From a virus: a stretch of 64,000 nucleotides of DNA. The stretch lies in IMG/VR virus record IMGVR_UViG_3300013132_000031, positions 44,086 to 108,085 of that record. One strand, 5' to 3'. Positions 57,052 through 64,000 of this stretch are shown here, in pieces. A program made the translations under genes and the position numbers. The first letter of the stretch is position 1. Each line of letters starts with the position of its first letter. The notes under the pieces were generated by a model. The model did not search any database. It worked only from the letters and a program-made list of their open reading frames with translations, and was not told the DNA's origin.

Positions 57052-57426
57052 ATGACCACATACATTGGCTTCAATACTATCAATCAAAACAAAAAATTCA
57101 CACTCACAGATTTTGAGTTGATTCAACGTGATCTGTTGAATGCTTTCAGTATTCGTCAAGGAGAACTGCCCGGTAGACCCAGCTACGGAACCACGGTATA
57201 TGAGTATCTGTTTGAGAACCAAGCTGAACAAATGCAACAGGCCATCAAGGACGAAATACAGCGTGTGGCGTCAGGGGATCCACGTTTGTTTCTCAATGAC
57301 ATACAGGTTTTTCCACAGAACAATGGTATTTTGATACAGTTAGAAATCATAATAGTACAGACCACCGAAGCCAAAATACTTGCTATCTTTTTTGATGCAC
57401 AGCAACAAACTGCCGGCTATGTATAA
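57052..57426 (+). CDS. gp25: Baseplate wedge/sheath initiator gp25-like
   Basis: DLLNAF.IRQGE.PGRPSYGT..YEYLFE, DPR. Confidence 0.9.
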   Translation: MTTYIGFNTINQNKKFTLTDFELIQRDLLNAFSIRQGELPGRPSYGTTVYEYLFENQAEQMQQAIKDEIQRVASGDPRLFLNDIQVFPQNNGILIQLEIIIVQTTEAKILAIFFDAQQQTAGYV

Positions 57427-57474
57427 CTGCGCCGTTTTCTTTGTCAATAAATAACTCTAGAGGCACAGAGATCA

Positions 57475-60400
57475 ATGGCAACCACCACAAGACAGACCGC
57501 AGTATTTGGCGTAGAAGACTGGAAACAGATCTATCAAACCTATCGCGAAGCGGATTTTCAAAGCTACGACTTTGAAACACTACGCAAGAGCTTTATTGAT
57601 TATCTACGATTGTACTACCCTGAAACATTCAATGACTACATTGAATCCAGTGAATTCATTGCCTTGCTGGATGTCATGGCGTTTATGGGCCAAGCTCTTG
57701 CATTTCGCACAGACTTAAACACTCGTGAAAACTACATAGACACTGCTGAACGCAGAGATTCAGTGGTACGCCTGGCGGACCTTGTGAGCTATTCAGCCAA
57801 ACGCAACACTGCTGCCGAAGGATATCTCAAAGTTTTCAACGTCAGCACCACAGAAAATGTTGTGGACTACAATGGAATCAATCTGAGCAATGTCACAGTG
57901 AACTGGGCCGACCCTACCAACCCTGATTGGCAAGAACAGTTCACAGCCATCATCAATGCCAGCCTGGTAGACAGTCAAAAAGTTGGTCGTCCAGGCAATC
58001 GACAAAGCATATTGGGTGTGCTCACCGATGAATATGCTATCAATCTAGTGCCTGGATTCTTGCCAGTGATCCCATATTCATCCACGGTGGACGGTATCAA
58101 CATGCAATTTGAAGCAGTGACTTCCACGTCAGTGGGTCAAGATTATGTGTACGAACCTGCTCCTGTGCCCAGCACAGCATTCAACGTATTGTTTAGAAAC
58201 GATCAACTGGGATTCCAATCAGCCAACAACGGCTATTTCTTCTTGTTCAAACAAGGTGTGTTGCAGAATCAAGACTTCAACTTGGCTGAACGCATTGCCA
58301 ATCGTACTGTGGACATCAACATTGAAGGCGTGAACAATGAAGATCGTTGGTTGTTTCAATTGGACAATCTTGGCAACATTGCTCAAGAATGGCAATACGT
58401 TGAAAATATCTATCAAGCAGCAGCCGAAAGATCCACACAACTGTTGCCCACTTATGCTGTGACTTCTAGAGCCAATGACCAAATAACTTTGATTTTTGGT
58501 GATGGTGTGTTCTCACAGATTCCTGTAGGCATTTTCCGTGCGTATGTGCGAGCCTCAAACGGGTTGCAGTACATTATCAATCCTGAAGAAATGCAAAACG
58601 TTGTGCTGCCCATCAGCTACACTGACCGCAACGGCAACTTGCAGACCATCACATTCACCTGTGGCATCACACGTCCTGTATCAAACAGCCAAGCACGTGA
58701 ACCCATTGGGGAAATCAAACAACGTGCGCCCGGCAGATACTACACACAAAATCGCATGGTCAACGGCGAAGATTACAATATATTTCCTTACACACAATAC
58801 AACAGTATCATCAAAAGCAAAGCATTGAATCGTGCGTCAATTGGTACCAGTCGATACCTTGACTTGATTGACAACACTGGCAAGTACTCATCAACCAACA
58901 CATTCAGCAGTGATGGAGGTATGTGGCGTAGTTTGGTATTGCCTACTATATTGTTCAGCTTTACCAATAGAAATGATGTAGCTGATTTGATTACCAATCA
59001 AGTGCAACCAAATGTGGCGTCGGCCATTGTGCGACAATTCTACTATTCTTATTTCCCACGAGAGTCCACCAACACAGGCAGCACCGCAGGTACCACCTGG
59101 AATCAAAGCACCACGTTGGCCAACGAAACCACTGGTTACTTTGTAAACGCAGCCGGGCAACCTATACCCATTGGTAGTGCAGTGTCAACAATATTTAAAT
59201 ATGTGGTGGTAGGAAGTTTGATAAAATTTGTTCCGCCCACTGGATTCTATTTTGATCGCAACAACCGACTGGTGCAAGGAGTTCCCACTCGAGCCGACGA
59301 AACTCTGCAGATATGGGCAACTCCTCAACAGATTGTGGGTGATGGATACAACAGCGGCGCAGGTAATTTGCCGTCAGGTGCCGGACCGGTCACTATCAAC
59401 AATTTTGTGCCCACTGGTGCCATTATAGACACAGTGATACCAGCATTTATAACTGATATACCCACAGTGTTACAAGTACAAATGGCCGATCAGATTTTGC
59501 TACTACGCAATTTTGGACTGGGCTATGACAGTGAAGGCACCATAACAGGCACTGCAGCCACATGGTATTTGATACTTGGAGCCAACTTGGATCAAGATGC
59601 TCCTTGGAGCCAACAGTATGCTGGCAACACATCAGGTGCAGGCCTGGATGCCTCGTGGTTGGTACAATTTGTAGTGGTCAATCAAAACTACACCATTACC
59701 TTGCGCGGCCTAGCCTACAACTTTGGTTCAGTGCTACAAACTCGCTTTTTCTTTTATGAAAATCAACTGGTGTACGACAGCCGCACTGGCAGTGTGATCA
59801 AAGACTTTATCAATGTGTTGTCTGTTAATACACAACCTAACAGCACTGATCCATTGCCAGGCGACATTTACACCACCATAATTGGTCAACCTGTGGAAAG
59901 TGATGGCTACGTAGATGACTTCCAGGTGTTGATCAGTTACAGAGACAGTGACAATGACGGCGTGCCTGACAATCCTGATTTCTTTGAAGAAATTGTGGGC
60001 ACTGCTACCAACCCAGGCAACTTGATCTTCTTGCAGCGCACATTGGACTTTGACAATTTACAACGATACTTGTTAACTGAACCAGGCTTGGTAAATTATG
60101 ATTACGGCACACTTGAAGAAATTGAGTTGGTAAAAACCGCTTGGAGCCCAGGGCAAGTTTTTTATGCCTATCAACAAGGCACATTTTACTTGCTGGCCAT
60201 CAGTTTGACCGGAGTTAGAAGTTTAATAGAACAAACTGCCGGTGATTACATAGCAAGAACTGGGCGTCAGGAATTGTATTTTCAATATCGGCATAACTCG
60301 CCACTGACCAATCGCATTGATCCTGGATCAACCAACATTATTGACTTGTATGTGGTGACACAGAGTTATTACACTGCCTATCAAAACTGGCTGCGTGATA

Positions 60401-60906
60401 CCACAGGCACGGTGGAAGAACCGGCTACACCTACCATCAATGAACTCAGCACTGAATATCAAAATCTACAAGACTATAAAATGATTTCTGACAACATGGT
60501 AATTAATTCTGTATCGTTCAAACCGTTGTTTGGTGCCAAAGCAGCTCAGCAGCTTCGTGCCACCATCAAAGTAATTCGTGCTCAAAATAGCACAGCCAGC
60601 ACCACAGAAATCAAGAGTTCTGTACTGGCTGAGATGAACACTTATTTCAGTATCGACAAATGGAATTTTGGAGACACGTTTTATTTCTCAGAACTAGCTG
60701 CTTATTTGCACAGACAGTTGGGCTCAATTATAAGTTCGGTTGTGTTAGTGCCCTTGGATCAACAAAAGAGTTTTGGTGACCTGTACGAGATACGCAGTCA
60801 GCCCAATGAAATTTTTGCAAATGCAGCTACCATAGACAACATTGATGTGATTGAAGCTTTGACCAGTTCTAACCTACGTACTGCACCAGGCAGCGGGGTA
60901 ATATAA
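57475..60906 (+). CDS. gp6: Baseplate wedge protein gp6-like
   Basis: DF..YDFE.LR, FNDYIESSE, ENYIDTAERRDSV, FGDG.F..IP, QNRMVNGEDY. Confidence 0.9.
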   Translation: MATTTRQTAVFGVEDWKQIYQTYREADFQSYDFETLRKSFIDYLRLYYPETFNDYIESSEFIALLDVMAFMGQALAFRTDLNTRENYIDTAERRDSVVRLADLVSYSAKRNTAAEGYLKVFNVSTTENVVDYNGINLSNVTVNWADPTNPDWQEQFTAIINASLVDSQKVGRPGNRQSILGVLTDEYAINLVPGFLPVIPYSSTVDGINMQFEAVTSTSVGQDYVYEPAPVPSTAFNVLFRNDQLGFQSANNGYFFLFKQGVLQNQDFNLAERIANRTVDINIEGVNNEDRWLFQLDNLGNIAQEWQYVENIYQAAAERSTQLLPTYAVTSRANDQITLIFGDGVFSQIPVGIFRAYVRASNGLQYIINPEEMQNVVLPISYTDRNGNLQTITFTCGITRPVSNSQAREPIGEIKQRAPGRYYTQNRMVNGEDYNIFPYTQYNSIIKSKALNRASIGTSRYLDLIDNTGKYSSTNTFSSDGGMWRSLVLPTILFSFTNRNDVADLITNQVQPNVASAIVRQFYYSYFPRESTNTGSTAGTTWNQSTTLANETTGYFVNAAGQPIPIGSAVSTIFKYVVVGSLIKFVPPTGFYFDRNNRLVQGVPTRADETLQIWATPQQIVGDGYNSGAGNLPSGAGPVTINNFVPTGAIIDTVIPAFITDIPTVLQVQMADQILLLRNFGLGYDSEGTITGTAATWYLILGANLDQDAPWSQQYAGNTSGAGLDASWLVQFVVVNQNYTITLRGLAYNFGSVLQTRFFFYENQLVYDSRTGSVIKDFINVLSVNTQPNSTDPLPGDIYTTIIGQPVESDGYVDDFQVLISYRDSDNDGVPDNPDFFEEIVGTATNPGNLIFLQRTLDFDNLQRYLLTEPGLVNYDYGTLEEIELVKTAWSPGQVFYAYQQGTFYLLAISLTGVRSLIEQTAGDYIARTGRQELYFQYRHNSPLTNRIDPGSTNIIDLYVVTQSYYTAYQNWLRDTTGTVEEPATPTINELSTEYQNLQDYKMISDNMVINSVSFKPLFGAKAAQQLRATIKVIRAQNSTASTTEIKSSVLAEMNTYFSIDKWNFGDTFYFSELAAYLHRQLGSIISSVVLVPLDQQKSFGDLYEIRSQPNEIFANAATIDNIDVIEALTSSNLRTAPGSGVI

Positions 60907-63900
60907 TGGCACGACAACGTTCAGTTGATTTTCTCCCAACAATTTTCCAAACACCAGTCAACAAGCAATTTTTGGCTGCCACGCTTGACACCATGGTGCA
61001 AGAACCCAAGTTCAAGAAAACTCAAGGGTTTATTGGTCGCACAGTGGGACCTGGTGTCAACCCCAAAGACAGTTATGTGGTAGAGCCTGACAAAGTTCGT
61101 CAAGAATATCAGCTGGAACCAGGGGTGGTGATTCTTGAACCTGGCACCAAAAAAGTCAAAGATGCCATAACTTATCCTGGCATAAACAACGCCATTGAAT
61201 TTGAAGGTGGGGATTCCAGCAGGCCTGATCTATTGTACCGAAGTGACTACTACACTTGGGATCCGTTTATCAATTATGATGCGTTCATAAATTTCAGTCA
61301 ATACTATTGGTTACCCAGCGGCCCTGACGTGGTATCAGTGGCAGCACTGGGAGTGCCCAGTGAGTACAATTTCACAGTCACACGTGAAGACGGAGTATAT
61401 TCGTTTTCGGGGCAACCAGGAACCAATCCCACGTTGGATCTTGTGCGTGGGGGCAGTTACACTTTTCAAGTTGCACAAAATACCAAGGAAACTGAAAACT
61501 TTCGTGTGACCAACATAGGTACCACCAGTTATCAAATTGATTTTCAATCCAATCCCACTTTGGTGTTGGCGCGGGGCAACACCTACGTGTTCAACCTCAA
61601 CCTCAATGGGGACTACCCATTCTGGATCAAAACACAACAGAGTTTAGGCACCGGCGATGCCTACAACTCAGGAGTCAGCAGAAACGGCAGTGCATTTGGA
61701 CTGGTAACATTTGTTGTGCCTCAAGATGCTCCAGACACTCTGTATTACGTCAGCCAAAATCAAACCAATCTGCGTGGCGTGATCAATATAATTGACGGCA
61801 CAGCCGGCACTGGTCCAGGATTTTGGATTCAGACCAATCCTGGTGTCAACGGCAAAGTGGCTGCAACCCCCAACCTCAGCAACAGAGATGTGCTAGGTGT
61901 CAGCAACAACGGTGAAGATCTTGGCACAGTTACATTTGAAGTGCCGTTGAAAAACGCACAGCAATTTTATTACACACTGCCCGATGTAGGCCCAATTGAT
62001 CTCATGACTGAACTACAGTTTGATCAGATCAACAATCAGCCGTTGCGACAATTCATCATTGACAACAATGGCATTGACGGCATTACCTATCTTACCAGCA
62101 GAACATTGGTGTTCATCAACCCAATCTTGGACGCCGAAGGTGGCGGCTGGTTGGAAACCACATTGTTTGATCCATTGATCAGGTCAGACTCATTGAATGG
62201 GCAACCAGGCAGTTTTGATACTATTGAATTTGATCAAGCCACTCCAATTCCTTTCAACAACAGATATCAACGCTGGCAGATCAACATTGTAAACAGACAA
62301 GGCGTGGATTATATCAGTCTGGCCAACATTGGCAATATCAATGTGAATGAAAAATTCACAGTGGCCTACGGCAGCAAATTCAGCAACACTTCATGGTACA
62401 AAGGCGGCAGCGGATATTTTGAACAAATTCCTCTGCTGACAGCTACTCTGGATACTTTGTACTATCAAGACGGCACTGATCCAGAAATGTTTGGACGTAT
62501 CAGATTGCTGGATCAAACTCAGATAGATACTATTTTCATCGATCAAATTTTAGGTCAACCCAATTACACAGCACCCAACGGTGTTGAACTTACCAATGGT
62601 CTCAAAGTCAAATTCACCGGACAAGTTGAACCTGCAAGTTATGGGTCTGGCAATACTTCGATCATATACACCGCTACCATATCTGGCGGCAATCTCATTA
62701 CTTGTAACAGCACAGCTGGGTTGTATGTGGACGAACCCATTGTGTTCACTGGTACCACTCTTGGCGGCATTGTGGCAGGACAAACTTATTATATTGAAAC
62801 TCTCACTGCCAACGGTTTGCAATTTGCCATTGCATTGCAGCCAGGCGGAGCTCGAGTACAGTTGACCACAGCTAGCAGTGCAGGTTTTTCTGCTGTGGCC
62901 ATTAGCGACAAACAATACTATGTCAGCGGTGTGGGCACAGCCATCGAACTGTTGCCTGTTACAGATTTTGTATGTCCAGAAACCTACATTGTTGATGCCA
63001 ATGACAGCACCATTGCCACAGAACCCGGCGAGATAGACTACATCACCATCAACCGGGCCAGCAAAGATCTCAATGCCTGGACACGCAGCAATAGATGGTT
63101 TCACTTGGAAGTGATTCAAGCCACTGCACAATACAACAACACCGTGGCCGAATTAGACAATCAATATCGAGCCAAACGTCCCATTGTTGAATTCCGTTCT
63201 GGTATTCGACTGTTTAACATGGGCACTGACAGTAAAGCACCAGTTGACATAGTTGATTTTGCAGAAACCGATGCACTCAGCAATATTGAAGGAGCAACTA
63301 GTTATACATATGACGGTTATACATTGGTTGATGGTTCACGAGTTATTTTTGCTGCTGACGAGGATCCCGAAGTAAGAAACAAAATTTTTCAAGTACAGTT
63401 AATCAGTCCAGACACATCTCCGCCCATGGGCGCACCCTATTCTGGCCCACAGCCCATAATTCACTTGGTGCCAGCCAGTGATGCAGAAGTTTTGATTGAT
63501 CAAACTGTGGTAACTCTTGATGGTGCAATCTCAAAAGGACTGACCTATTGGTACAACGGCAGTGCGTGGACACTGGCACAACAAAAAACATCAGTGCAAC
63601 AACCGCCACTGTTTGACGTGTACAATCTTGACGGTGTGAGTTTTTCCAACACCAACACATATCCATCTACCACTTTTGTGGGGTCAAAATTATTCAGCTA
63701 TGCTGTTGGAGACAGTGGTATACTAGATCCAATTTTGCAGTTTCCTTTGCGATATCTCAACATCAACAACATTGGTGACATTGTGTTTGACAACAATCTT
63801 TTCACTGACACATTTGTTTACGTAATCGACAATGTCAGTGAGGTCTTGGCCATCAGCACAGGCACACCAAGAGAATACACATCACGTGCTAGTTTTCAGC

Positions 63901-64000
63901 GTCTGTTGGGTTGGAAATCAGCTGTGGCCGCCAGTCAAGTCTATCAACAGTTTAAATTCTTCTTCCCATCAAAGACATTGCAATTGGATGTATCGGTGGC
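60906..64000 (+). CDS. Very large baseplate wedge/structural protein (gp7-like), 3'-truncated
   Basis: TAATG overlap with the gp6 stop; manual translation MARQRSVDFLPTIFQTPVNKQFLAATLD...; absent from ORF track, apparently because it runs off the window (not every codon checked). Confidence 0.8.
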   Translation, partial: MARQRSVDFLPTIFQTPVNKQFLAATLDTMVQEPKFKKTQGFIGRTVGPGVNPKDSYVVEPDKVRQEYQLEPGVVILEPGTKKVKDAITYPGINNAIEFEGGDSSRPDLLYRSDYYTWDPFINYDAFINFSQYYWLPSGPDVVSVAALGVPSEYNFTVTREDGVYSFSGQPGTNPTLDLVRGGSYTFQVAQNTKETENFRVTNIGTTSYQIDFQSNPTLVLARGNTYVFNLNLNGDYPFWIKTQQSLGTGDAYNSGVSRNGSAFGLVTFVVPQDAPDTLYYVSQNQTNLRGVINIIDGTAGTGPGFWIQTNPGVNGKVAATPNLSNRDVLGVSNNGEDLGTVTFEVPLKNAQQFYYTLPDVGPIDLMTELQFDQINNQPLRQFIIDNNGIDGITYLTSRTLVFINPILDAEGGGWLETTLFDPLIRSDSLNGQPGSFDTIEFDQATPIPFNNRYQRWQINIVNRQGVDYISLANIGNINVNEKFTVAYGSKFSNTSWYKGGSGYFEQIPLLTATLDTLYYQDGTDPEMFGRIRLLDQTQIDTIFIDQILGQPNYTAPNGVELTNGLKVKFTGQVEPASYGSGNTSIIYTATISGGNLITCNSTAGLYVDEPIVFTGTTLGGIVAGQTYYIETLTANGLQFAIALQPGGARVQLTTASSAGFSAVAISDKQYYVSGVGTAIELLPVTDFVCPETYIVDANDSTIATEPGEIDYITINRASKDLNAWTRSNRWFHLEVIQATAQYNNTVAELDNQYRAKRPIVEFRSGIRLFNMGTDSKAPVDIVDFAETDALSNIEGATSYTYDGYTLVDGSRVIFAADEDPEVRNKIFQVQLISPDTSPPMGAPYSGPQPIIHLVPASDAEVLIDQTVVTLDGAISKGLTYWYNGSAWTLAQQKTSVQQPPLFDVYNLDGVSFSNTNTYPSTTFVGSKLFSYAVGDSGILDPILQFPLRYLNINNIGDIVFDNNLFTDTFVYVIDNVSEVLAISTGTPREYTSRASFQRLLGWKSAVAASQVYQQFKFFFPSKTLQLDVSV

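Noticed and set aside
60921-63666. Short ORFs listed in the last 3 kb
   Set aside because: They overlap the large plus-strand structural gene that starts at 60906 and runs off the window
1-64000. Stop-codon reassignment as in some jumbo phages
   Set aside because: Core genes are full length in the standard code; TGA and TAA end many genes, and TAG ends 27124..27678 just before a terminator

Overview
64 kb of a large T4-like (myovirus, probably jumbo) bacteriophage genome read with the standard genetic code. It holds most of the virion morphogenesis genes: neck gp13/14/15, a long fibre operon, head gp20-23, a tape-measure-like protein with a muramidase domain, and baseplate gp26/48/53/27/5/25/6 plus a truncated large wedge protein. 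It also encodes gp46/gp47, late sigma factor gp55, a dNMP kinase, a DEDDh exonuclease, a Nudix hydrolase and two GIY-YIG nucleases. Modification-type enzymes (radical SAM, glycosyltransferase-like, sulfotransferase-like) are inserted between core genes. Best leads: (1) a ~450-nt, highly paired minus-strand RNA overlapping the 3' end of a nuclease-only GIY-YIG gene; (2) a coupled operon of DUF1415-like, aminoacyl-tRNA-protein transferase-like, amidinotransferase and DUF6614-like genes; (3) a T TTT TTC -1 frameshift fusing the gp26-like gene to the next small ORF; (4) glycosyltransferases flanking fibres packed with N-x-S/T repeats; (5) a kissing-loop 5' leader RNA, apparently leaderless late transcripts and an ATT-initiated gp15. 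All family assignments come from motif recognition by eye; no database searches were run.
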